A model generated the notes under the pieces. That model saw only the letters and a program-made list of their open reading frames with translations. It did not search any database and had not been told where the DNA came from. This document shows positions 42,072-53,414 of a stretch of DNA of 64,000 bases, piece after piece. The position numbers and the translations under genes are program-made. The stretch is from an uncultured Gemmatimonadaceae bacterium (lineage in GTDB: Bacteria > Gemmatimonadota > Gemmatimonadetes > Gemmatimonadales > Gemmatimonadaceae), in assembly GCA_963829055.1 (NCBI GenBank), contig CAWHHI010000016.1:1056001-1120000 (forward strand). The letters are read 5' to 3'. The first letter of the stretch is position 1. The number at the start of each line of letters is the position of its first letter.

Positions 42072-42863
42072 ATGGCGGACGAGATCGATTACAAGCTCAT
42101 CGGCGATGACCTCCAGGGCGTGATCGTCACGCTCGATCCAGGCGAGGCCGTCGTGGCGGAAGCCGGCGGCATGATGTTCATGCAGGACGGCATTCGTATG
42201 GCCACCAGTCTCGACATGACGGGACGCGGCGGCGGACTGTTCGACAAACTGATGTCGGCGGGCAAGCGCGTGCTGTCCGGCGACTCGTTTTTCGTGACGT
42301 GGTTCACAAACGAGTCGAACCGTCGCCGTGACGTCGCGTTCGCCGCACCATATCCCGGGAAGATCCAGCCGATCGACCTTGGCGAGATCGGCGGAACGCT
42401 CATCGCGCAGAAGAACGCATTTCTGTGCGGCGCGCGTGGCGTCGACGTGACCATCGCGTTCTCGAGAAAGTTCGGCGCCGGTTTCTTCGGCGGCGAGGGC
42501 TTCATTCTGCAGAAGCTCAGCGGCGACGGTCTCGTCTTCCTGCATGCCTGCGGCACGCTGCACACGATGGATCTCGGACCCGGTGAGGTGCTCAACGTCG
42601 ATACGGGTTGTCTCGTCGCGTTCCAGCCATCGGTCGACTACGACATCCAAAGCGTTCCGGGCGTGAAGACAGCGCTATTCGGCGGCGAGGGATTGTTCTT
42701 CGTCAAGCTCACCGGACCAGGCCGCATCATTCTCCAGACGCTTCCGTTCTCGCGGCTCGCCGACCGCATCATCGCGGCGTCGCCTCGCGCCGGTGGCTCG
42801 CGTCGTGAAGAGGGTGGAATGCTCGGAATGCTCGGCGGCATGCTCGACGGAGATAATTCCTGA
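42072..42863 (+). CDS. TIGR00266/AIM24 family protein
   Basis: LDPGEAVVAEAGGM, FAAPYPGKI, GFFGGEGFILQKL, VDTGCLVAF, GPGRIILQTLPF. Confidence 0.92.
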   Translation: MADEIDYKLIGDDLQGVIVTLDPGEAVVAEAGGMMFMQDGIRMATSLDMTGRGGGLFDKLMSAGKRVLSGDSFFVTWFTNESNRRRDVAFAAPYPGKIQPIDLGEIGGTLIAQKNAFLCGARGVDVTIAFSRKFGAGFFGGEGFILQKLSGDGLVFLHACGTLHTMDLGPGEVLNVDTGCLVAFQPSVDYDIQSVPGVKTALFGGEGLFFVKLTGPGRIILQTLPFSRLADRIIAASPRAGGSRREEGGMLGMLGGMLDGDNS

Positions 42864-42894
42864 CGCGCGCCGCTACACAACTGCACCCGCGCCA

Positions 42895-44275
42895 ATGCCC
42901 ATCGCCACCATCAATCCCGCAACAGGCGAGACGCTCCGCGTTTTCGACGCGCTGAGCGACAGCGATCTCGACTCGCGTCTCGAACGAGCCGTCCACGCAT
43001 TTCAGCACTGGCGCATCACACCGGTCGCGGATCGCGCCGCGGTTGTTTCTCGCGCCGGCGCAATTCTCGAACGCGAAAAGGATCGCTACGGGCGTCTCAT
43101 GACGCTCGAGATGGGCAAGCCACTCAAGGCAGCCGTCGAGGAAGCCGCGAAATGTGCGCTCGCGTGTCGCTACTACGCCGAGCACGCGAGCGCGTTCATG
43201 GCGCCGGAGCACGTCGCCGGCGACGATGTGCTCTACCAGCCGATCGGCCCCGTGCTCGCGATCATGCCGTGGAACTTCCCGTTCTGGCAGGTCGTCCGCT
43301 TCGCCGCGCCCGCGTTATGTGCCGGCAACGTCGGCCTGCTGAAGCACGCGTCCAACGTTCCGCAGTGCGCGCTCGCACTCGAGGAAATATTCAGCGAGGC
43401 GGGAGCGCCGGACGGGTGTCTTTCAGACACTGCTCGTCGGCTCCGATCGCGTCGATGGCATCATCAGTGATCGTCGCATCGCCGCCGTGACGCTCACGGG
43501 AAGCGAGCCTGCTGGCCGACAGGTGGCCGCGACCGCCGGACGAAACATCAAGAAAACGGTCCTCGAGCTCGGCGGGAGCGATCCTTTCATCGTCATGCCG
43601 TCGGCCGACATTGAAGCCGCCGCGCGCGTCGCCGTGAAAGCACGCACGATCAACAACGGGCAATCCTGCATCGCGGCCAAGCGCTTCATCGTTCACGACC
43701 GAGTCGCCGACGACTTTACGCAACGCTTCGTGAACGGCATGCGCGCGCTGTCGGTGGGTGATCCGATGTCGGGCGACACCGATATCGGCCCGCTCGCCAC
43801 CAGGCAGATCGCGGAGGACCTCGAGAAGCAGGTTGACGAAAGTGTGCGACGTGGCGCGAAAGTGCTCACCGGCGGAAAGCGAAAGTCCGGCCCGGGGAAT
43901 TATTTCGAGCCGACGGTGCTCACGGACATTCCCGTCGATAGCCCTGCCTACCGCGACGAGATGTTCGGTCCGGTGGCATCCCTCTTTCGTGCCCGCGACA
44001 TCGACGACGCCATTCGCCTCGCGAATGACACGACGTTCGGCCTCGCATCCGCCGCATGGACGCGCGATGAGGCGGAAGCCGACCGATTCATCCGCGATAT
44101 CGAAGCAGGGTCTGTCTTCATCAACGGCATGGTGGCGTCCGACCCGCGCTTCCCGTTCGGCGGCGTGAAGCACTCAGGCTACGGCCGCGAGCTCGGGCCA
44201 TGGGGACTTCGGGAGTTCGTGAACGTGAAAACCGTTAGGCGTCAGACCCCACCGGCGAGCGCGAACACGGAGTGA
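42895..44275 (+). CDS. NAD(P)-dependent succinate-semialdehyde dehydrogenase (Sad/GabD type; frameshift near 43420)
   Basis: IATINPATGE, IMPWNFPFWQ, LKHASNVP, TLTGSE, LELGGSDPF, NNGQSCIAAKR, PFGGVKHSGYGREL. Confidence 0.92.
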
Positions 44276-44362
44276 TGCTCGACCGTCACCCGGGGTGACG
44301 GTCGAGCATCATCCTGAGCGAAGCGAGGGATCTTCCATCATCCCGAGCGAAGCGAGGATCCT
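44273..44362. repeat. REP-like cluster: 18-bp perfect hairpin plus two tandem CATCATCCYGAGCGAAGCGAGG(G)ATC units
   Basis: TGATGCTCGACCGTCACC-CGG-GGTGACGGTCGAGCATCA at 44273-44311; units begin near 44307 and 44336. Confidence 0.7.
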
Positions 44363-44391
44363 CCTTAATTTGTCGTTGGCAGCCTAACGCG

Positions 44392-46194
44392 TCAGCGGCC
44401 GATCACGCGCCGCCACCATGACGGGCGCGCCGTTTCCGCTCCGTTCGAGTCCGACGACTCCACGAGACGCGCGTGCGCCTCGGCCGCCTGCATGAGTGCT
44501 CGCCATTCCGCCTTCATCACCGTAGCGTCCGGAAAGCGCTGCTCGACATCAGGCGCCAGCCCGCGGCTGAGCCACGCCGCGAATTCCGGCTCGAAGTCGC
44601 TGAGGTCGAGACGCCCGGAAAGCTGCTGTGCGAGAATCGCCGGACCGGTTCTCCCAGGGAACGGCGCGTGGCCGCGAAGCACGTACACGACGATCGCCGC
44701 GACCGCGAAGCAGTCGACGCCCGGGCCCTGCGCTTCACCGAGCAACTGCTCGGGAGCGGCGAACGCCGGCGTACCACTGGCGCCACCAGCGTCTTCGCCC
44801 GCGACCTTCGCGATGCCGAAGTCCGTGATGCGCCAGCGCCGATAGCGATCGATGAGAATGTTTTCCGGCTTGAGGTCGCGATGGATGATGGAGTTCGAGT
44901 GCGCGGCAACCAGCGCATCGAGCACCGCTTCGATCTGCGGCGCGATCTCGGCGAACGGGCGCGGCCCGTTGCGCGTGATGAGATCAGCGACAGACCCGCC
45001 CTCCGCCAACTCCATCGTGTACCACGACACGTCGCCACGACTGTCCCAGTCGTAGATGGGTACGATCGCCGGATGTGCGAGCTGCGCCGCGAGTCGTGCT
45101 TCGCGCCGAAAGCGCGCCACGGCCGCGTCGTCGCTGGCGACGACCGGATGCAGCATCTTGAGCGCGACTTCGCGCTCGAGCGAGAGATCGCGGACTCGCC
45201 ACACCGTACCGAACGTGCCCTTTCCGAGCATCGCCAGCACGTCGTAGTCGTCACCCACAGCCCAGCGAAGCCGCGCTTCTTCCGACTGCCATTCTTTGTC
45301 CGGGGTGATACCGCTACTGACGATCACGCTTCGCGACGAGGAAGAGCGATCGAGTGATCGCAGCAGAGACACCATCGAGCGATGACGCTCGCCGGGGTTC
45401 TCGCCGAGCGCGCGGTCGAGTGCGGAGGCGACCGTCTGCGGAACGTCGGGGCGCACGAGTCGCAGCGGCGGCGGGTCGCTCGACGGCGGCAGCTCGCCGG
45501 TGAGCGCAGCAAAGCACGTCGCCGCGATCTGCCACTGGTCGCTGGCGGGAGTCGGCGCCCAGCCGCCCACGGCCCACTCGGGCGCCATCGGCGTCCATCG
45601 GCGATCGGGTGCGACGCCGGCCGGAAGGTCGGCGCGCGGAATCGCCCACTGCCAGCCGAGCAGCCAGATGCGTCCAGTGGGAGCAACCCAGATGTGCTCG
45701 GGAGACAGCGCGCCGTGCGCGACGCCAGCATCGTGAAGGTACGCGACCGTCGAGCCGGCCGCGCGCAGCAGGCGCAGCATGTACGGCACGTCCTCGGGCC
45801 CGGTACGCCTAACGTGCGCGCCGACGGTTTCGCCTTCGATCCAGCGCCGCAGGTACCCGGGCCCGCGACGCACGTCGCGGTACTTCGTCCAGTAGTGATA
45901 CGTCGTCGGAATCGACGGATGGTTCCGATGCCCCAGATACCGAGCCTCGGCGGCGAGCCACGCGTTATGCGCCGGGTCCGGCGCGGTCACGAGCGAGAGG
46001 GAGCGGCCGAGCGCGTCGATGATCTCCTGGTAGTGCCGGTACTCCGAGACGACGCCTTCACCGCCCCAGCGCCAGTCCGGCGGGAGCTGCCAGTCAGCCA
46101 GGTGGAGCGGTAGTTCGGTGGTGAGTCGGTTCGGCCGCGGGTGATCCGCGCTCACGCGCATCGCACGCACGCCGTCGACGGGAGTCAGCGCCAT
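44392..46194 (-). CDS. Hanks-type Ser/Thr protein kinase with tandem domains (N-terminal pseudokinase, C-terminal active kinase)
   Basis: C-domain has GKGTFG, VALK, HRDLKPEN, DFG, APE. N-domain has HPSIP, YLH..GVAHGALSPEHI, LLGWQW, APE, SDQW. Confidence 0.9.
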   Translation of the reverse strand: MALTPVDGVRAMRVSADHPRPNRLTTELPLHLADWQLPPDWRWGGEGVVSEYRHYQEIIDALGRSLSLVTAPDPAHNAWLAAEARYLGHRNHPSIPTTYHYWTKYRDVRRGPGYLRRWIEGETVGAHVRRTGPEDVPYMLRLLRAAGSTVAYLHDAGVAHGALSPEHIWVAPTGRIWLLGWQWAIPRADLPAGVAPDRRWTPMAPEWAVGGWAPTPASDQWQIAATCFAALTGELPPSSDPPPLRLVRPDVPQTVASALDRALGENPGERHRSMVSLLRSLDRSSSSRSVIVSSGITPDKEWQSEEARLRWAVGDDYDVLAMLGKGTFGTVWRVRDLSLEREVALKMLHPVVASDDAAVARFRREARLAAQLAHPAIVPIYDWDSRGDVSWYTMELAEGGSVADLITRNGPRPFAEIAPQIEAVLDALVAAHSNSIIHRDLKPENILIDRYRRWRITDFGIAKVAGEDAGGASGTPAFAAPEQLLGEAQGPGVDCFAVAAIVVYVLRGHAPFPGRTGPAILAQQLSGRLDLSDFEPEFAAWLSRGLAPDVEQRFPDATVMKAEWRALMQAAEAHARLVESSDSNGAETARPSWWRRVIGR

Positions 46195-46206
46195 CTTCGA
46201 AGGATG

Positions 46207-49200
46207 CTATGCCTGAGGGTCCGCGGCCAGCGCAATGACGACGCTGGTCCCCTGTCCGCGCGAGCTCGACACATTGATCTCGCCACCCCACGCGTCCACC
46301 AGACTGCGACTGATCGCGAGTCCGAGCCCACTGCCACTCGTTCGCGTCGAGAAATGCGGCTCGAAGATCTTCGGCATCACGTCGTCCGGAATGCCGACGC
46401 CGTCATCCGATACGGTAATGCGGACACGGTCCTCGACGCGCTCGACGACGACGTGGACATGACGCGCGGTCGCGAGCCGTGCGTTCTCGAGGACGTTCAG
46501 CAGTACCTCACGCAACTCGTCGCCGCTGGCGATCGCCATCGCCGGCGCGTCCGCGCCGCTGACGCGCCAGACAACGTCGCCCTCGCCCATGCGCTCGAGC
46601 TCCACGACGTCCCGCACGATGGCCGCAACGTCCATCGCCGTCCCCGGCGGACGTTCGGCAGGCGCCGTTCCGTAGCGGCTGAACGCGCGCGCGATCTCGT
46701 CCAGCCGGTCGATCTCGGCGAGAATGCGTCCGACGTTCTGATCGAGCACGCGCTCGTAATCGACACGCCCGTCGCGATGCGCACGCTTGAGATGTTGCAC
46801 GCCGAGGCGGATCGGTGTGAGCGGATTCTTGATTTCGTGCGCGACCTGACGCGCCATCTCTCCCCACGCCAACACGCGTTGCGCTCGCGCGAGCTCGGTG
46901 ACGTCGTCGAGCGTGAGCACGGCGCCTGTGTTCCGTGCGAGCCGCGCGAGCCGGCCGTGAATCTGCCTCCCGCGCAGCTCGAGATCGAACTCCTCTTCGT
47001 CGTTACCCTGCTCGCTCGCCAGAAACGCCCGCACGCGCTCGGAGATCTCGCGGTCCGCGACGCGCTCGAGCTGTGTGCCTGGCGGCAGGGGCTCTCCCAG
47101 GAGCGCATCCGCCTGAGGATTCGCCAGTGTGACGGCCACGGTGGAATCGACCGCAATCACGCCGCTCGCGACGTTTCGGAGCACCGCGGCGGTTCGCCGC
47201 TGTGCCTCTTCGAGAGCCGACCGGCTCGCCGATAGATCCGAAGCCATTCGGCGAAATGCGGAGAACACCGGCCGGAACTCGAACAACGGCCGCTCGGCGA
47301 GATCCGGCTCGCGTTCACCGGCCGCGATCGCGAGCGCAGCTCGCTGGAGCGCTCCGATGGGACGCGCGAACGTCCGCGCCGCGATTCCGCTCAGCCAGAG
47401 CGCCGCGAGCGCGCCCGCGGCCGTCGCGAACAACACCAGGATGCCGAGGTCACGTCGCTGGCGGTCGAGCGCCAGTTCATCGGTACGCGCCGGCGCCGCG
47501 ACGACGACGCGCAGCGCGCCGTTCCCGATCGGTGCCGCCCGGTATCCGACCAGGGTCGGCACTCGACCGACAGACGCGCGCGCGCTACTCGCCACCTCCT
47601 CACCGAGCGACACGGTGAGCGCGATGTCGCGCGGCAGGAAGCGTCCGAGTGGCGCGACCTGTTCGTAGAGCGGATCGCTCGTGGCGCGAAGCTCTCCGTC
47701 CGCGTAGAGAAACAACGGCGCACCGAGCCGCTCTTCCTCGTCCGCGAGGCTGTCGAAGCGGCGAGAGGCGGTGAACGTCCGCAGCGTCTCGCGCACCAAC
47801 AGCTCGCGCGACTGGCGATCATCGCTCCGAAGACGCTGGTAGGACCACACCGCGAACACGACGGCCGGAACGACGAAGAAGCCGAACAGCGAGAACGTGA
47901 GCCGCGCACGATAGCTCTCCACCCACCTGCCCACGCGCGCGCTGCCCCACCGCAGGAGCCCACCATCGGCCGCCGCGTTGAGCGTCCAGATCGCGGTGAC
48001 GATGATGAGATCGAGCAACACGACGAGCACGCCGCGCTGGATCAGCGCGGCGGGAGACCGGAGCTCCACTTCGACGTGAACGCGCGTCGGCCCGCTCGCC
48101 GCGCTGATGACCCAGTCGCCGTGCAACTCGTCGCGAATGCGCTGCCACTGTGTCGCGCGCGGGGTCCGGGTGTCTACGACGTTAGGCGCGACCGTGAGCG
48201 AGTACGGTGGGTCGGCCGCGGCGGGCGGGACGAGCCCGATGAGCGCGCTGAACGGGTCATCACGGATGAGACGCGTACGTGGTGGCACAGCCACGGACGT
48301 GATCCTCCCGTAGCCGTGCGGAACGGCCAGGACGAGATGCGCGCCCGACGCGCCACGGCCAGCCCGCATGACGGGAGCGCCCGTCCGGCGCGCCTCGGCC
48401 ACCACGTTCGCCACCTCCAACAGCTCGGGCTGAAATTCGGACAGCACGAGCGACGCATCGGCGCGCAGCCCTTCGTCCTCGGTCCACGACCACGTGGTGA
48501 GCTCGGCGGAGTAGCCCGCGTCGTCCAGATCGGATCGCACGTACCGGTCGAGCAGGTCTGCGCGAGTCGATGGCGGCGCACCTTGCTCGAGCTCGCCCGC
48601 CATGCGAGTGAGGAGATCCTGCGCAGCTGGATCAGGCGCGTTCAGCCCGGCTACGTCGCGCTCGGCAAGCTCGACGCGTTTCTTCGCGACGGTTCCCCAC
48701 ACCAGCGTCGCCGCGCCGCATGCCGCGACTATCGCCGCGGTGAGCACAAACCCGCGCGAGCGTTTCGCCAAGGCCAGGGCCGCGATCGCCAGAATCCACA
48801 GGGCCGGATACCACTCGGGCCATTCGCCGGGAGCGCGCCATAGCAACGGAAGTGGGGCGATGGCAGCGGCAAGCGCCGCGATCGTCGGGGCAATCACCGG
48901 CGAGAGACCACGCTTCCGACCAAGCAACGCCTGTCCGGCCGAGACACCGGCCAGCAGAATCGCCACGCCCGCAAGAAACAGCGCGACCTCCCACGCCAGC
49001 CACAGCCCCGATGTCACGCCCCATGGCGGCGGGCTGATGCCTCTGGCGAGATCGCGAAGCAGGAACGGACCGAGTGCGGCGATCGACCAGGACGCCCAGC
49101 AGCGCCAGCCAGCGCGAACGGACGCGCACGGGCGATCGCAGCACCGCGAGCAGTCCGAGAAGCACGAGCGCGCTCGTCAGCATGAGGGCGCCCACGCTAG

Positions 49201-50213
49201 CGGTCAGCGGCCCCCCCAGCGGCGCGAGATAGACGACAGGATCGAATAGACGCGTGACGCTCGAGAACGTCGGGTTGAGCGGCACGAGCCCCACCGCCGC
49301 GACGGCCGCGGCAACGCAGACCAGGCGTTGCGCGAGTGGCGACGGCCGCGCCCATGCGCCGATCAGGAGGAAGGCCAGCGCCGTCGCCAGCAGAACGGCG
49401 CCGCGTCGCGTTGCCTCCTCCACCGATCGCAGGCGCGCTTCCAACGCCGTGATCGGTGCGGGACGCGCGCCGAACAACGTGTCCGTCCTCGACGCGAACA
49501 TCGTGAACCCACTCGGAGCGTCGGCCGATGGCTCGTACTCGAAATCGCGGACGCCAGCCGCTCGGGCGACCGCGGCGTCGAGCGGCTGCGAGAGTCGATC
49601 AGCGGGCGGCTCGGCGTGAACGAGCGCCGTCGCGACCGCACGAACGCTCCCGCGCGTAGCGGTCGCGTACAACGTGAGGTAAAACGGCGTAAACACCGCT
49701 CCGAGGCGTGATTGAAGCGTGTCAGTTGAGATGCGGACTGATCCTGCCCACGCCGTTGGCCGACCGCCTCGATACAGTATGATGCCGCGCTCGCCAATGC
49801 CTTCGGCGAGTGGCACGAGTGCGTTCGAATGCCGCAGTCGGCTCTGCAGGCGCGTCCAGCGCGCGCTGGGCGGCGGCGGTCAACTCCGCCGCGACATCGA
49901 GCAATCCGCGTTCGAGTCGGGCAGCCGCGCCGAACTCGATCTCCGCCCGATACGCATCCCATGAGCGGTCGATACGAGCGACAGAGCGTTGGGCGATGGC
50001 AGCCGCGATCGCGAACGCCGCCATTGCGACAACGAATCCGATCGCCCACCGCCGACGGGCACCGAAGCGGAGCGCTGCAGCGAGCGTTAGGGCGGTGGCG
50101 ACGATGGTGGCGACGAGATAAGGTACGGACGGAGTCCGCAGCCACTGCGCCGCTGCCAGCACCGCCGCCGCGCCGGTCGCCAGCCAGAGCGCTCGCCCCC
50201 AGACCGACAGCAA
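46207..50213 (-). CDS. Very large NtrY-like membrane sensor histidine kinase (multi-TM, HAMP, PAS, HisKA, HATPase; frameshifts near 49820 and 49085)
   Basis: AWGEMARQVAHEIKNPLTPI H-box, LNVLENA, DDGVGI, FEPHFST, GSGLGL. Three ORF pieces join to about 1330 aa. Start codon uncertain. Confidence 0.88.
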
Positions 50214-50235
50214 CGCCCCTTCAGCTCGTGTTCGA

Positions 50236-50985
50236 ATGACTCTTCCCTCTCCGTTGCCTGCGGCGAAGCCACGTCGCCTGAAGGAAATGATCCCGTCCGA
50301 AGTCGCGGCGGCGCAGGCGGCGGACCCGAGATTGATCGTCCCCGTCGGCACCTGCGAGCAGCACGGTCCTCATCTCCCGCTGTCCTGCGATACACTCATC
50401 GTCGAACGTCTCGCCGATGATCTCTCGGCCGAGTTTTGCGTGCTGCGCGCACCGACCATCGAGTACGGCGTGAACTCGACCACCGAGCGCGTGTTCGCGG
50501 GCAACGGCTCCGTCCGAAAGAAGACGCTGCATCGGATGCTCAATGACCTGCTGGACTCGTGGGAGTCGTGCGGGTTCGAGGAGTTCATCCTGCTCACCGC
50601 GCATGGGCACGATCCGCATCAGGAAGCGCTCGCCACCGTCATCACGAAGCGCGCGCGTGTGCGCGTGGTCGACCTGTTCGCGGTGAATCTGTCGGATCTC
50701 CTGGAAGGACAGAATGAGGCGATGCACGGCGATGAGGCGGATACCTCCATCCTGCTGTACATCGCGCCGCACCTCGTGCGGATGGAGCTCGCCGAGGATT
50801 ATATGGTGTCGCGTGAGGCGCTGCGACGATACCGTCGCGGCTGGCTTCGGGTTCCAAAAGGGAGCGCGGGATCGATCGGGCGACCGTCCCTCGCGTCGGC
50901 TGCCAAGGGACGCGCGATGTACGACCGCATTCGCGAGCGAGTGAGCGAGCGGATCTTCAGAGCGCCGCCGGCCGACGATGAATAG
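50236..50985 (+). CDS. Creatininase/amidohydrolase family protein
   Basis: PVGTCEQHGPHLPLSCD, PTIEYG, TAHGH, MHGDEADTS, AKGRAMY. Confidence 0.85.
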   Translation: MTLPSPLPAAKPRRLKEMIPSEVAAAQAADPRLIVPVGTCEQHGPHLPLSCDTLIVERLADDLSAEFCVLRAPTIEYGVNSTTERVFAGNGSVRKKTLHRMLNDLLDSWESCGFEEFILLTAHGHDPHQEALATVITKRARVRVVDLFAVNLSDLLEGQNEAMHGDEADTSILLYIAPHLVRMELAEDYMVSREALRRYRRGWLRVPKGSAGSIGRPSLASAAKGRAMYDRIRERVSERIFRAPPADDE

Positions 50986-51099
50986 AAACCACATCAGTGC
51001 GAACAGCGTAAGCCAGCTTCACTGCGCGAATTATACAACATACGTCCAGCCGTTTATCCGATACTGAACGAGACGGACCGGGCGGTGTATATTCTTGCC

Positions 51100-51780
51100 A
51101 TGAAATCGCTCACGCTGGTTGCACTCGCGGCGATCGCCGTCACGCGTACGCTCCCGGGCCAGGTCGCGACACTGGACGAAGGCAGCTTCACCATCACGAT
51201 CAACGGCGAACGCGTCGGTCGTGAAGACTTTCGCATCCGCAGCACGCCGGGCTCGAGTGGCCCCGAGGTCGTCGCGACCGCGAGCGTCTCGTACGCGAAC
51301 CGGCGCATCCTCCCGCAGATGCGCTCGGATTCGGCCGGTGCCCCATCGCGCTACGTCGTGCAGGTCAAGGACGGGACGGGCACTGATGAGAGCGTGACTG
51401 GTATCGTCGGGCGAGGACGCGTGAGCGCCAGCGTGAAGAATGCTCGGGGAGAATCGGCGAACGAGTTCGTCGTGTCGCAGGGCGCGGTCGTCATCGACGA
51501 TGACGTCTTTCACCAGTATTATTTCCTGACGCGTCGCAAGGCACTTGGTCCTGTGTCAGTGATCGTGCCGCGGCGCAATACGCAGGTCACGATGCGCGTC
51601 TCCGACTCTGGAGCCGACAAGGTGACCATCGGCGGAACGGCGCTCGATGCGCATCACTACACGATCGCCGATCCCGGCGGCGCCGATCGCGAGGTCTGGG
51701 CCGATGCCTCAGGCCGTCTGCTCAAGGTTACCATCCCGTCGCGAGGCGCCGTCGCGCTTCGGGATGATCCGCCGCGCTGA
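51100..51780 (+). CDS. Exported beta-rich hypothetical protein
   Basis: Signal peptide; GERVGREDF...EVWADASGRLLKV pattern of LolA-like beta-sheet DUFs. Confidence 0.7.
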   Translation: MKSLTLVALAAIAVTRTLPGQVATLDEGSFTITINGERVGREDFRIRSTPGSSGPEVVATASVSYANRRILPQMRSDSAGAPSRYVVQVKDGTGTDESVTGIVGRGRVSASVKNARGESANEFVVSQGAVVIDDDVFHQYYFLTRRKALGPVSVIVPRRNTQVTMRVSDSGADKVTIGGTALDAHHYTIADPGGADREVWADASGRLLKVTIPSRGAVALRDDPPR

Positions 51781-51807
51781 CGGTCGATCGCTGAACCTGG
51801 CGACTCG

Positions 51808-51840
51808 AAACGCTCCGCTCCGCGCGGAGCGTTTTGTATT
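51808..51840 (+). terminator. Intrinsic terminator
   Basis: AAACGCTCCGC-loop-GCGGAGCGTTT followed by TGTATT. Confidence 0.6.
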
Positions 51841-51911
51841 GTTGGACCCATGAAACCGCTCGTTAATGTCCGCCGTACGACCAGCCAGCCTTTCGTCCAG
51901 GATCCCGTCTA

Positions 51912-53400
51912 ATGCGATTTGTCGCTTGTGCGCTCCTCGCGCTCGCGTCTGCCGTTCCAGCGTCCGCTCAGTCCCGCGATTCCTCTGCCGCCGGTGCACC
52001 GATCCTGTCACTGCAGGATGCCATCGCCATCGCGCGCCGCAATAACCCGATCTTCCTGCAAACACACTCGGCGCGTCAGCGCGCGGGCGCACAACTCCGC
52101 TCGTCGTATGGCGCGCTACTGCCGGACGTCTCCACGAGCTTCTCGAGCGCGTATCGTGAAGGTCGCCCTCAGTTCTTCGGCGGTCAGGAGTTCGGTTCCA
52201 CGTCCGATGTCACGTCCTCCGATGCCGCGCTCAACGTGAGCGCCGTCTACAGTGGCAGCAATCTGCTCGCGCCCAAGGCACAGCGCGCCAATCTCGACGC
52301 AGCCGAGAGCGACCTCACGAACGCTGACGCGATCCTGCGCCTCGCCGTGACTGGGCAGTACCTCAACGTGCTGGCCGCACAGGCGCGGGCGCAGCTGAAC
52401 GACACGCTGCTCACCAGCGCGCAGGCGCAACTCGATCTCTCACGTGCGCGCGCCGCAGTCGGCGCAGCCACGACGCTCGATGTGCGACGCGCCGAGGTCC
52501 AGGTCGGCCAGGCGCGGGTGGCTGTGCTTCGCGAGCGCAACAACATCGAGACTGAAAAGCTTCGCCTCTTCCAGCAGCTCGGCGTCGAGCAGCCGACGAG
52601 CGTCAACCTGACGACCGGATCTCCCGGTCGTCGAGCCGACGCTCGTGTTGCAGGATCTTCTCTCCAGCGCGCGCAAGGCGAACCCCGCCCTCGCTGCCGC
52701 ACGGTCGCGCGAATCCGCGGCCGGCGTCGGCGTACGCCAGGCGCGGAGCGCCTACCTCCCTACCCTGCGCCTGCAGACCGGGGTCAGCGGCTACACCAGC
52801 CAGGAAACCGATATTCAGGCGGCGATCGACGCGCAGCAGACATCGTCAGCGCAGCAACTCTCCGCCTGCCTCGGCACTGATTCGCTGCGGGTTCGCGCCG
52901 GAATGTCGAGCATCGCGACCAACTGCAGCGGACGCTTCGCGTTCACCGACGCCGACGCGGAGCTCATTCGCAAGACGAACTCGAAGTATCCGTTCGACTT
53001 CACGCGCGACCCGATCACGTTCTCGGCGTCACTGTCGGTTCCGATCTTCAACGGCTTCCAGCGCGAGCAGCGCACGCAGGAGGCGGAAGCCACGCGCAAC
53101 GACGCCAAGTACGCCGTCCGCGCGCAGGAGCTCCGCATCACGCAGGAAGTCACGAGCGGCTATCGAAACCTGATTACCGCGTATCAGGCCGTTCAGATCC
53201 AGACTCAGAATTCCCAGGCCGCGCGCGAAGCGCTCGCCCTGGCGCAGGAGCGGTTCCGCGTCGGCGCGAACACCTTCGTCGACGTCGTGCAGTCCCGCGC
53301 TGATTTCGAGCGCGCCGAGAGTGATCGAATCACCGCGATCTACGAATTCCACCGGGCCTACGCCACGCTCGAGAGCGCGGTCGGCCGCCCACTGCGTTAG
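51912..53400 (+). CDS. TolC family outer membrane efflux protein (frameshift near 52620)
   Basis: Signal peptide, LSLQDAIAIARRNNP, YLPTL, SVPIFNGF, ERFRVGANTFVDV, LESAVG. Confidence 0.9.
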
Positions 53401-53414
53401 GCATAGAGGAAGAA

